DNA of 56,522 nt, the filler included, from Basidiobolus ranarum (Eukaryota): assembly GCA_040143965.1 (NCBI GenBank). It is 4 parts of 4 records of this genome, joined end to end, with 100 filler letters (N's around TTAATTAATTAA, not from the genome) between each part and the next. Parts side by side here need not be neighbours in the genome. Positions count along the whole stretch, not along the records: positions 14,190 to 28,271 come from JASJQH010007319.1; positions 28,372 to 42,416 come from JASJQH010007320.1; 2 more parts are not named here. One strand, given 5' to 3'. The notes under the pieces are model-generated. The model was not told the DNA's origin, did no database searches, and saw only the letters and a program-made list of their open reading frames with translations. Shown here in pieces: positions 25,047 to 36,564 of this stretch. The stretch's first letter is position 1. Every line of letters begins with the position of its first letter. The position numbers and the translations under genes are program-made.

Positions 25047-26207
25047 TCAATTGTTGTTACTTGAAGAGCTCAGTATATCATTGAGAAACCCTTGAAATTG
25101 TTGGATGTTAGCTTCAAAGCTGGACACTTTGGAATCACTGGAGGAATTGGAGAAATCTGAATGTTCGGGCAATAAGTGAGTGACGGGGTCGTATGCCCTA
25201 TGATTGTAAAGAAACTCATCGGTAGTGTATGTTTGGCGGCATGGCTGTTCCGATTCAACATCTGCGATTATACTTGGATCCCTTGTGCTCGTTGGAATGC
25301 CCGGATAGGTTGTAAACCCACTTACAGCCTCGGGATTTATATACCGTGTAAACAGATCGTGAAGATCTTCATGCTCAGAGAAGTGCTTGGTCAGGTAACG
25401 ATAGTGGGTCTCTGATGGAGATAAATCAATATTGAGCGCATTCCAACGTTCACGATTAAAAGCTGCGCTCTTCTCCATAAAACTCGAATCGTTGGTATTC
25501 ACAAAATTGTATGGAAGGGTTGTCTCCAAGGGACCTCCAGGAAATTCCCAGAGGTTGGATTCCATAGGATATTGCTCACCAATTTGTTTTCCATCCATAT
25601 TGTATATATCTCTAGGGTGGTATGGCATTGGCAAATGGCCATCAGTTGAGCTTGTGAAAGATAAGAAATCCTCTTTCATCTTTTGAGAGCTTGGGATTTC
25701 TTCGGAAGGAGATGCTCTTCTTTGACGCTTCCGAGGAGTATATTTATAACCAGGGTACTTTAATGCGTGGTCTCTCTTTCCTTGTTCAGCTTTCTTTCTA
25801 TAAAACTCCTTGATATCTTCGGATTCGTTACGCCACATTTCACCTACGATTTTTGAGACTTCTTTGTTGTTGATTCCTGGATGGGCGTCTAGATTTGATT
25901 TTTGTTTATCCTTCCGGTATGTCATGAACGAGTTATTAGGACGAGGGATTCTTTTCGGGCTATGAGGTGATTTCTTTGTCGAGAGTGACATTGTGGTCTC
26001 GCAGTCAGTTTGAGTAGGTGAAGTGGAAGGTTGTGGAGAGGCAGCAGGATGCATCGAGAGAGGGTGATATCTTTCAGAAAAAAGCATCATGTTAAGACGA
26101 TTGTGTTCGTTGATAATATTCATCAATCGTGACATTTGTTCAGGGGGAAATGAGCTCTGGGGTCGGTGAAGTGTAGACTTGAGAGTTAAATCACCTTGAG
26201 GATTCAT
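25047..26207 (-). CDS. MATA/SOX-type HMG-box transcription factor, intronless
   Basis: HMG box IPRPNNSFMTYRK...HPGINNKEVSKIVGEMWRNES...YRKKAEQGKRDHALKYPGYKYTPRK followed by a long acidic/Ser-rich tail. Confidence 0.9.
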   Translation of the reverse strand: MNPQGDLTLKSTLHRPQSSFPPEQMSRLMNIINEHNRLNMMLFSERYHPLSMHPAASPQPSTSPTQTDCETTMSLSTKKSPHSPKRIPRPNNSFMTYRKDKQKSNLDAHPGINNKEVSKIVGEMWRNESEDIKEFYRKKAEQGKRDHALKYPGYKYTPRKRQRRASPSEEIPSSQKMKEDFLSFTSSTDGHLPMPYHPRDIYNMDGKQIGEQYPMESNLWEFPGGPLETTLPYNFVNTNDSSFMEKSAAFNRERWNALNIDLSPSETHYRYLTKHFSEHEDLHDLFTRYINPEAVSGFTTYPGIPTSTRDPSIIADVESEQPCRQTYTTDEFLYNHRAYDPVTHLLPEHSDFSNSSSDSKVSSFEANIQQFQGFLNDILSSSSNNN

Positions 26208-28271
26208 AATGAAAAGATTGATTCAAAGATGATTCTTTTATCGTTAATTGCAAGAGAATGAAGTGACTAAAACTATGTAAAGCTTCGAATGATGAGCTTT
26301 CAACAACTCTGCTGCTTAAATATTAGTCTCAGAAACAACTTGAAAAACTAGATGAAGCCAGTTTTGGATCGGATTTCTCATCCGAAAATACTTATGTATG
26401 GTTGAAAGAGCTTTCATAAGAGGAAAGTGGTCGAAAGTAATGATTATGGGTTACTCTTTGTTATAATCCTCTAAATGTTGCTGCAACTTACTACATTATA
26501 AGCATGGTTCTTAGATCCGGAGTTTACCAATTTAAAAATGATCATAGCTGAAGTGCTTTGAATTTTTGTCAGTAGTACAATCCATCAAAATTTCATAAAG
26601 AGCACCAAAGCAGTATATTCAATGCTATTGTTGCTTCTTTCGCTTAACTCCATTGAGTGTGTCTAGTGAACGGTTATTTAACCATGCCTCTTGGGTGATA
26701 CCTTTGGTGCATTCTCGAAAAGAAAGGTGACAAAGTAGCAAAGATACAGTAGAGTTATCTGGTCATACACACATGAATACCAAAGGTGTTAACGAGTTTT
26801 GATATGTCAGACCCAATGGAACTAGATTGGTACAGATCATGTACATTCAAAATCATCATTATGAAATGAATACCAGTTGATTCGCTTCATATGTACTGGA
26901 AACAAAGTCTGGTGATGGAATAGGAAATCTAAAATGATTAATTTGAAACCAAATTCGTATTACCATTTCTGATCCGTGGATGAGCTATCGAGACTCTAAA
27001 GTCATCTTTTATTATGGTGCACTAGTGGTCACATTTACGCACCCTGCCGTTCTACAGCCATACGGTCGGATTACTTTAGATTGTTGTATATTAGGATCAA
27101 GGTGGGGATATCTGGTTTTTTAGAGACGAAAGCTTCCAATGTATTACAAGCGGCCCAACCTTTGATAAGGTGCGTTTTTAAATCATTACTTTCCATTGCA
27201 CATTGTGCAATCGATGAACGGCAAAAACGCGCCCTATATTAAATTACAGCATATGGGTGAGAGGTGTGGCTTAGACTCCTTATTTCAGCTTAATCTGTTC
27301 ATCATTTGTATGATTTGAAGGATAGAGTTGATAAAAACTCGCTCTACAATACCCAGTCAAACCACTCTTACTGCGCCGAGTTTAAAATATGAGTATTAGC
27401 AGAGCTAGTTGGAGGATTACGCACAGGTAGAAGATGTATGTAAAGTGGATTTCATAATTAATAAAATAAGCTTATTTACTTTATTATTCATATAATTAAT
27501 TAAATACGATTATCGAGAAATAGGTAAGAGGAATAGAGTTGGTCTTTGATAAAGGGAGTATCTATTTTAATTTGATACGCCTTACTTGTTGTGGTGGGGT
27601 GTTCTGAGATGAGTAGTATGATGCGGCTCTAACTCATCTCTTAATTCGTATCAATCAAACCATGGACAATGACCTTTTCCGTAGTATTGATGGCAAATGG
27701 TAAAGGAATCTCTTTGATAGCACGGAACTGGCCTACGTTATTGATATGCTAATGTACATGGTGAGATCATTGTGAAGGAAATGATTTATCATCATCTATA
27801 GTACTTACCTCATTCTCCATTCGGAAAAAATTCCATTGAAACCGTCTGAAATCAAGTCAGGACTTAATTATGTGCAGTTAACAAATGGTATTCAGCAACA
27901 TACCTATAAACTTCGCCTAAACCTAGGAAAAAGGCGATTAATCTCGGATCCCATCCAGTTCCCATCACCGATTTGGAGGCTGTGACAACCCATGAAAATC
28001 GAAGAAAAAGATTGGAAACAATGGCAAAGTAGTAGGCCTGTTACAAAATGTAATGCTCAGTGAATGAATAGATGATGTATCTAATCATGCGAAAACTTGC
28101 CCATTTCCATGAATAGGATAAATCTTTGCGCAAGAATTTGTGCTTATGATTTGGCTCCAAGAACCCCCAGTCCATTCGGATATCCCAAATATACGTGTAG
28201 CACGATGCGAAGACAGCGCAGAGAATCCATAATGCTTGAGCCTGAGTAGAGCCTACAGGGAGTATATTTAG

Positions 28272-28371
28272 NNNNNNNNNNNNNNNNNNNNNNNNNNNNN
28301 NNNNNNNNNNNNNNNTTAATTAATTAANNNNNNNNNNNNNNNNNNNNNNNNNNNNNNNNNNNNNNNNNNNN
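28272..28371. other. Artificial contig linker
   Basis: 44 N + TTAATTAATTAA + 44 N. Confidence 0.97.
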
Positions 28372-28522
28372 ATCAGTACTTGCACTACAATGATGTTGAA
28401 AATTTTTTCCTTCTCTACCGAGGCATATAAACTTCTGGTATCCGTCACTCTTCGTCTTCGGATTAACATTTCCTTCTCTTACTGTTGCCTTTCAATCCTC
28501 TTTATTTCAAACTCTAATAAAT

Positions 28523-29541
28523 ATGGGTGCACACGGTACTGGTAACAATCGCGAGTCTGGTCTCGCCCGTATCTGCGGGTCAGGAACTTCAGGTCTTCTT
28601 GAACTCCTAGGTTTCCATCCTATTGATACTGTTGCCAAGAGATTGATGAGCCACACCGGAAAGGTATATATCGCTACCATTTTAATATTGACGCCTATTC
28701 TGTGTAATAACATTTATGCGTGTAGGTTTTTGTCCCTGGAGCCCCACTTTCTCAAGGTTTCCATAACTTGTCTACCGTCATCTTCAAAGATGCTCACAAC
28801 GCTAGTGCTTTACGCAAGTATATGTCTCTTTTCCCAGGTCTTGGCTTTGCCGCTGGTTACAAAATTATGCAACGTGTCTACAAGTTTGGTGGTCAACCTT
28901 TTGTCAAGGATTACCTTAACACCCATCACCGTGATGCTTTCTCTCGTACTTTCGGTGAGAAGAACGGTAAGACCATGATGCATGCCACTGCTGGTTCTTT
29001 GGTTGGTATTGGTGAAGTTGCCCTTTTGCCCTTGGATGTTCTCAAGATTAAGATGCAAACCAACCCCGAATCCCTCAAGAACCGTGGTTTCTTCAAGATC
29101 ATGTATGATGAAGGTCTTGGTTTGTACCGTGGTGGTATGTGGACTGCTGCTCGTAACGCCCCCGGATCTTTCGCTCTCTTTGGTGGTGCCGCCTTCGTCA
29201 AGGAATACATGTTCGACCTTGAGGATTACTCTAAGGCCACTTTCTTCCAAAACTTCTGCTCCTCCATTGGTGGTGCTGTTGCTAGCATTACTGTTGCTGC
29301 ACCTTTGGATGTAGTCAAGACTAGAATTCAAAACAAGCCTTTCGATGCCCCCGAAAGTGGAGTTAGCATCATTAAGAACATGGTCAAGAACGAAGGATTA
29401 GGCTCATTCTTCAAGGGATTGACTCCCAAGATTCTCGTCGTTGGACCTAAACTTATCTTCAGTTTCACTGTTGCTCAACAATTGATTCCTATCTTCCACA
29501 AGTTCTTTGAATCCAATGGTATCACTCAATCCACCAACTAA
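28523..29541 (+). CDS. GGC1: Mitochondrial GTP/GDP carrier; one intron
   Basis: GFHPIDTVAKRLMS, SLFPGLGFAAGYKIMQRVYKFGGQP, LPLDVLKIKMQTNPE, RNAPGSFALFGG, FFKGLTPK. Confidence 0.93.
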
Positions 29542-29729
29542 GTTTTTTCATCATCACTACATGTTCATTATTTCAGCAAACATTGCTTTTTCATAAATTC
29601 ATTCTAGAGTCATTAAATCATTCGTGTTTGTCATTTTATTTATTCAATGAAGGGTTAGGATTAGAATACAAAATTTACATCATTTTTTGGTAAAGATTGG
29701 GATAGAGTACAGATGGGGGGTTAGGATGA

Positions 29730-30464
29730 TTATTTCTTGCTCCAGGGTCTGAATGACTTGTACTGTACGACGGCACCAATGATGGCCATGACTGCCATTG
29801 AGGCCAGCATAGCGTATATCTTTCCGTTTGTATGATAAAAAGATTCACCTTGACCGTTGAGGAAGGCAATGAGGTGCTGGGTAAAGCCGGTGCCAATGAA
29901 ATAGTCAATACCAACAATGAACATATAAGCACCTGCGATGGCTGTAGCGATGATAACCACGTGTTTCTCAAAGAAGAAAATCGCCACGATTCCAACAATC
30001 ACAAATGCGACAATGAATATGATACGACCAGTCTTGCTAGAGATAAGCATACCATTTCCGAGAGAAAGTATGAACATACCCAAAGAAAATCCACCGAGAG
30101 CACCAATGGCAGCAATTCCTAGCTTCCAAATACACATGAACAGGAACCCACCAATAATACCTGCAACTATAGCAACTACTAGATAAATGGTGGACTTGGT
30201 GCTTGTGTCGGGAGCGGAGATTTCGTAGCAAATAACATAGGCTATGAATCCAACCACCACAAAGCCAGCCAGGAAAATGATCACCTTAAAAAAACGATGT
30301 CCGAAGAAACAGAAGAAGAAGCCCATGATAATCATCACCACTGCGATGATCGATGTTTGTGGAGTGATGGCATAGTCACCAGGTTGAGCAGCGACCGCTG
30401 AACCGGTAAACAGAAGGGTTAGGAGGAGCAGCAGGTAGGAAGAGAGTTGAGGTGTTTTGAACAT
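29730..30464 (-). CDS. TMEM198/TM7S3-like (DUF4203) multi-pass membrane protein, paralogue A
   Basis: 244-aa intronless ORF: signal peptide, about 7 Gly-rich TM helices, FCFFGHRFFK, GAYMFIVGIDYF, GAVVQY. Confidence 0.82.
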   Translation of the reverse strand: MFKTPQLSSYLLLLLTLLFTGSAVAAQPGDYAITPQTSIIAVVMIIMGFFFCFFGHRFFKVIIFLAGFVVVGFIAYVICYEISAPDTSTKSTIYLVVAIVAGIIGGFLFMCIWKLGIAAIGALGGFSLGMFILSLGNGMLISSKTGRIIFIVAFVIVGIVAIFFFEKHVVIIATAIAGAYMFIVGIDYFIGTGFTQHLIAFLNGQGESFYHTNGKIYAMLASMAVMAIIGAVVQYKSFRPWSKK

Positions 30465-30830
30465 ATTGTAAGGGTTTTAATGAACTACCAAGATGCGCGA
30501 GTGGGTTATTTATATCAATCCACTGACTAATCTTGGGATGAGCCAGTTGCCTAGTTTAGTAGGGTCACTTGGTTCGCGTGTAACCAGGATGCCAAGAAAT
30601 TAGCAGTTCTGGCTACGATTATTACAAACTTTGATGAAATCTTAATTTCTTTTTTTCCATGACTCTATCATGTCATCACTGACATTACATCACGCGTCAG
30701 AACCTTATTTCATTACTTGACCTATAAATAAGCTAGGAGTTATTTTTACCAGTTCGAGAATGGATCCTCGATACCCAGGACCCACGGAGGATTTCGCTGC
30801 TTTTGGGATTCATTGTCTTTCATGTATTTA

Positions 30831-30865
30831 CCTAACCCTATTGTGATCCCTAACCCTATTATGAT
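30831..30865. repeat. Short tandem duplication (18-bp unit x2) between the divergent DUF4203 genes
   Basis: cctaaccctattgtgatc / cctaaccctattatgat. Confidence 0.6.
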
Positions 30866-31111
30866 ATGTGATGGACTCCCCCTGTGTAGTATTGGTATTG
30901 TTGATGCCAAGCATTCCGATGCTACTGGTTAATGATATTAATTGCTGCATTTCGAAAAGGAAAATCTTATTGCTTATTCTTGTTTAAACAGATGGGCGCT
31001 GCTATCTCTGAATATAAATACCATCTGGGTTGTATACCGGTCTAGACAACTTAACTCTAACCCCCCTAATTAACTAATCTAACTTTTCAATAACCTTTGA
31101 TAAACGTAAAT

Positions 31112-31849
31112 ATGAAGCAGCGTACAAACATTTATACACTATTATCGTTCATTCTATGCTTGCTATTCTCTGGTTCTGTTGCTGCTCAAAATAAGATTGG
31201 TGATTATGCCATCTCACCACAAACCTCGGTCATTGCCGTTGTGATGATCATTCTTGGTTTCTTCTTTTGTTTCTTCGGTCACCGTTTCTTCAAAACCATT
31301 ATTTTTCTAGCTGGTTTTGTAGTAGTTGGTTTTCTGGCTTATGTTATATGCTACAAGATCTCCATTCCCAATACAGGCACCAAGTCCACTATATATTTGG
31401 TGGTCGCTATTGTCGCAGGTATTGCTGGTGGCTGCTTGTTTATGTGCATATGGTCGTTAGGTATCGCAGCTATCGGTGCTCTAGGTGGTTTCGCCTTGGG
31501 TATGTTCATACTTTCCCTTGGAGATGGTATGCTAATTTCGAGCAATACTGGTCGGATTTTATTTATCGTCGCTCTAGTCATTGCGGGAATTATATCGATT
31601 TTCTTCTTTGAAAAGCACGTAGTGATCGTTGGTACTGCCTTTGCAGGTGCCTACATGTTTATTGTTGGTATCGATTATTTCATTGGTACTGGATTTACAC
31701 AGCACCTTATTGCCTTCCTGAATGGCGAAGGGCGAGTGTTCTACCATACAAATGGAAAAGTATATGCTATGTTGGCCTCAATGGCAGTGTTGGCGATCAT
31801 TGGAGCTATTGTTCAATACAAGTCATACAAGCAATGGAGTAGAAAGTAA
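31112..31849 (+). CDS. TMEM198/TM7S3-like (DUF4203) multi-pass membrane protein, paralogue B
   Basis: Starts MKQRTNIY at 31112; collinear with paralogue A after the signal peptide (e.g. GAYMFIVGIDYFIGTGFTQHLIAFLNG identical). Confidence 0.82.
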   Translation: MKQRTNIYTLLSFILCLLFSGSVAAQNKIGDYAISPQTSVIAVVMIILGFFFCFFGHRFFKTIIFLAGFVVVGFLAYVICYKISIPNTGTKSTIYLVVAIVAGIAGGCLFMCIWSLGIAAIGALGGFALGMFILSLGDGMLISSNTGRILFIVALVIAGIISIFFFEKHVVIVGTAFAGAYMFIVGIDYFIGTGFTQHLIAFLNGEGRVFYHTNGKVYAMLASMAVLAIIGAIVQYKSYKQWSRK

Positions 31850-32426
31850 ACCCACCAGGGAGTAATTATATACATATATACATCTATATACACTACACAA
31901 ACATGTTCTTTACGCTCATACACTGTAATCTCTAGTAAATATACACTTGAACTGAATAAAACATTATGGTTCAATTCTTCCATTATATGCTGTATGGGTT
32001 TGATTTCATTCACGTCGGTTCGAGTTAATACATTTCAGAGGATCGCACTCACAGAGTTAGATATATATTTCAGCAATTAAATTAGGGAGTTCTCGCAAAC
32101 TCGGTTGTCTATCCTAAAACTCTGGTGGGCTAAACCGGTGCGTCATTGATTTCTGATTTTTCTGATTTCAAGTTGGACGATCATATTTGTGTTTCAATCG
32201 CTGAGTGGATATAAGGGTGGATATTGATTGGACTTCGAACCGGTAATAGGGGATGTTCTGGTCATACTCGTAATCAAGTCACTTGGCGGGATATCTATTT
32301 CATCTGGGTCCGAGTTTCAGTTGTTTGACTTGGAAAGAAGGATCGCCAGTCAATTGTTAATCCATATAAAAGATATCCCATTTCGCTGTGACTTTGGCTT
32401 TTACCTTTATCTCTAACGTTTGCATC

Positions 32427-33481
32427 ATGGCTTTGATGTCAGAGTCAGCTAGTGGCATTCAGATCCGTATAAATCTGCGAGAGGATCCCATCGTTCTCAA
32501 TGGAACCCCTGAGGAATCAGTTGGAAGCGTACTGTGTGGTGTTCTAGTGGTCACAACAACAAAGAGGATCAAGGCTAGATCGATGTGTTTACTGTTCCAA
32601 GGGACAAGTCGAATAAGAAATGCCAAAGGTAACTAATAAACTCTTGCCCGAATTACTCATTCAACCCGAATCCTAACCCAAACTCATCACCTGTAGAGAA
32701 GTGCCAATCAATCGTCTTCTTTAAATATAAATGGGACTTTTTGGAGGAAGTCAATCCACTGCATATGCTGGAGGCAGACACAGTCTATGAATATCCATTC
32801 GAATTGCTACTCGCAGGAAATCTGCCGGTTTCAGTTAATGTTCCCAACGGTGAAATCAAATATCAGCTGAAAGTAGTTATGGAGCGTCCGTCGTTCCTTC
32901 GGAATGTGATTGTCACCAAGCCAGTCCAGGTTGAAAGAGTGTCATCGATCCTTTCAGAACACATTGCATATGTGGCGTGCTCTGGAAGATGGGCCAATTC
33001 GTTGAGGTACGATGCTAGAGTGGCGAAGAGCCACTATCAGCCAGGTGAGTTGTTGGCATTCGAGATGTTCGTGGAAATCAACAAAGCCATCTTTCACTTG
33101 AGTGAAATCACCCTATCAATAGCCCAGGTTGTTTGTTACAGTAACCACAGCAATTATGAAACAAAGAGACTAAGCCACAAATCTCGCAAAGTCCCTGATT
33201 ATGGATCCAATGAAAAGCTGAATTATTCCATGATGATTCAAATTCCCACCAACGCCCATCCTGACTGCCAAACAGATACGATCGAGTTAACTCATGCTCT
33301 TATGGTGAAAGTCAAACTAATTGACAAAATGCGGCGTAAATGGTGGTTCTACATTGATTTACCTGTCATAGTCAACACCCCTACCCAATGGGAACTCTCT
33401 GCATCGCCACCTGCATACTCCACTATACCCGACACTGGTTCACTCACACACCCCCCACCATACGAAGAAAAACCCGTTTGA
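32427..33481 (+). CDS. Alpha-arrestin (ART-type) with PPxY motifs; one intron
   Basis: EESVGSVLCGVL, YEYPFELLLAGNLPVS...GEIKYQLKVVMERP; C-terminal PPAY and PPPY. Confidence 0.85.
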
Positions 33482-33854
33482 GCTCTAGTCCTTGTGTACA
33501 TCCATTTTTGTCCCCCTCAGCTCTTCTTTTCTCTGCTCACCTTTGTATATATTGACTGTATAGGCTTTTTAGCTCTTACCCTAATTTAAATAACCATGGT
33601 TGTAACTAGGAATTCAATTCGTCTGCTTGCTGGCTGACTGCACTCATTATCTATTTAACCAGCTAATGTTCTTTTGTGAATCATAATAAAGCTTCTCTTT
33701 ATGAGTGCAACTCCACGTTAAAACAAGAACCAACTTGGAGAATGAAAGAGTTACATTGATAAATTACTCGCGCCAAAAGATCTTTTGGAGGCTTTGAAAT
33801 ATTATTAAATCTTTAGAAAATAAGGGATTGTATTTAAGGGATTGTATTAAATCC

Positions 33855-35811
33855 TTAGTCCCGAAATATATTAACTATAAATTGTGATCTTTGGTTAGCT
33901 CTTGTTAGTTTTCATTATATACACAAGGATTACTAACGTTTTTTGGAGGGTTTGGCTTGAGAGGAGCTTCCTTGATGTGAGGGGAGTATACGTGCATCAG
34001 CATCCTGAAAGATTGTAAACCCCTTCTCCCTTGTCGACTCGTCAGATATCGATTTTGATTTGGGTGGTGTTTGGAAAGAATGGCCTTTTGTGTGTGAAGT
34101 GCGAGCCATGGAAGAGTATTCTTGATTATTTTCGTGTTGAAGCGGTTGGTTGAAGATCTCCATGATATCTGCTAGAGCGGCTTTGGTATTGATTGTCGGA
34201 GAGGGCATTTGAGATGAGTTCAGACTTTGGTTGTTTGAGATCTCGGTTTTGGTGTTACATGTTGAAGTTGAATAATGTACATCTTGATAGCGATACTGTT
34301 CTAATGACGCCCTCATCTCTTCTAGCGAGATTTCTTTGTCTTTTTGATATACACTATTGGTGTCAACGATCATTTTTTCTGCTTTAGGACGCCCTTTAGA
34401 TGGCTGCTCCTTTTGACCAGTTTTTTGTGTCTGAGAGGGAAGACGCGCGGAAGTCAATGGCTTACGAGGGTTATTGCTTTGAACCTCATTTCCAGATGGT
34501 TCTTGCTTAGGGAAGTTTCTTAGTGGATCATTGAAGAGTAGGCCATCTTCACTTGGTTTCTGAGTCTGATCCACTAATGCGTTTGGATTTAACGAAAGAT
34601 GTTTAGCTTCGGATTTTTCAAGTTCCTATTTTCCATAACATAGTTAAATACCAAGTATGAATGCTCAAGTAATTGGAACCTCCGATAGCTTACCTCATCC
34701 TGGAATATCTCTAATCTTTCTGTTGGTTGCACTCTAGTTCTACTAGTTTGCGACAAAGTAACTCCTTTCCACTTTGTAGCTTCTCTAATATTCTCTTTAC
34801 GCCTTGATACATCCGTCCCTAAATCTGACCATGGGGCGGCTGAGGAGTCGGGAACCACTGATCGTCCAGATTCTGTATCACTGAATATACTCAACTTCTT
34901 ATTCGGTTTTTGAGCAAGTGGCATACCACTACGAATGCCACCTCTATCTCTTCCTTGACCAGCAGAGGCGCCTAGATTTGGATGTGCTGATCTTGTACTG
35001 GACACTTTTCGGCCAAGGACACTTCTATTTCTTTCGGTCAATTGACTTGTATTTGGTTGATCTTCTTCTTGTGCAACAGATAGAGTCATTCGCCTTTGAA
35101 ATTCTTTGTAACGTTTTAAAAGTCTCTCCAGAGGTTGAGCTTTACGGTTTATCCCAAGTTGAAGAATCTCGTCCGCCTGGTCTAATCTACGTCGTGGAAA
35201 AATATGTAGCAAGCTTAATAAATAAAGACGATAGTCATCCAGGTGGAAGTGTATATTTACCTATTTAAACTCTCCAATAAATCCGAGTATTCCTCATAAA
35301 ATGCCGCTAGATCCATACCAATGTTGTTACGAATCAAAAACGAAAAGATAACCTTGGGGTCTCGAACCTGTTGGGCATACAATAACCACATTCTAAGATA
35401 CCTAGGGTCATTGACGTATCTTTTGTCGTCTAGAAAATGCCTGGTGGCTCTTTCTAATAAGGGTACTAAGTTTGACTGCTGATTATGGCCTTGTGGGTAA
35501 TTTTCAATTGTCCACTTGACATATCGGTGGTAAACATCTAAAGGATCATCCAGTTCACCCAAGGATTCTAGTTCATTTTCAAAGTTGGTACGTCTTTGTT
35601 GCAAGTATTGTGACCTTTCATCAGCAGAGCTTTCGAATACTTGAGCCAAAGCGGCTGCACTGCGTCCTCGACGAGTAGGTTGGATGTTTTCTTTATCCAA
35701 TTCGATACTCGTCATGTCGGTGATTGGCCCCTGGTATTCTTCATAAACGATGCCTGGTTGTTCTCTTGGCAATGAGGAGGCAGTTTGCTCCTCCAAAATA
35801 TTGGCTTCCAT
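33855..35811 (-). CDS. MAD3: Mad3/BubR1/Bub1-family spindle checkpoint protein without a kinase domain; multi-exon
   Basis: KEN box DKENIQP, TPR region (DDPLDVYHRYVKW, YVNDPRYLRMWL, GINRKAQPLERL), second KEN RKENIRE, GLEBS-like EISLEEMRA, PSPTINTKAAL. Last intron GTTAGT...TATAG gives the ending KLNIFRD*, stop at 33855-33857. Confidence 0.88.
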
Positions 35812-36564
35812 TTTCTTCTTCTTGGTTGTTATATAAAGATGGGGAATAAATAGCGAAGTATATTACAAATATAAGGGACCGTTTAAGCTGGAAGGCAACG
35901 ATGATTCAGCAATGGCTAGTCTGATTTAGTTGTTTATCTGTTATGAGCTGAAATTCTTCAAGATCAGTTCTCAGCTAGATGTTTTCCCTCATTATCACCT
36001 AAATGTCAACAAACCCAAATCGAGGAGCCAATCAAGATAACTAGGGTGTTATGCAGTTAAATTGCTTGATTCTTGGATATATACTAAAATCATTTAAGCA
36101 TGAATCATCTGCCATATCCCCTGCACCCTGTTCACAGATATCATACGAACAACCGCACTTAATCGATATATGCTTTAGCTTAACTTGGATCTTCCTTTTT
36201 TGGAATCTATACGAAAGTAGCATTTACCCTTCTGAGCACCCTAACCCTACAAATACATATACGTATCCAAATGAAATTTAATATACTTTGGTACTATATA
36301 TATATATGTCTCTTATTGTTTGCCTCCCCCACATTTGCTTATTTTTTTCCGTTATTCCAAGGGTTATTTCAAGTTTGTCCCTGTCTCCTCTCTTTCGGAA
36401 CTGTTCTTTTTCCCTCTGCACTCACTGAATATCCACTTTTATACCTTCTTTAATAGAGACTTTAGCTTATTTTCCCATTCCTTTCATATTTTTGTTGCAG
36501 AGCCTGGTTTTATTTAGCTATATCGTAGTAATTTTCCGCTTGATTACCCGTTGCATACGACATT

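Noticed and set aside
27195..27211. Inverted repeat ATTGCACA-T-TGTGCAAT upstream of the HMG gene
   Set aside because: A single 8-bp-arm palindrome can arise by chance; no second copy or supporting context seen.
30831..30865. CCCTAA telomere-like motifs
   Set aside because: Only isolated hexamers inside an 18-bp tandem duplication; no telomeric array.
33821..33848. 14-bp tandem repeat taagggattgtatt x2 just past the MAD3 stop
   Set aside because: Ordinary slippage duplication with no evidence of function.
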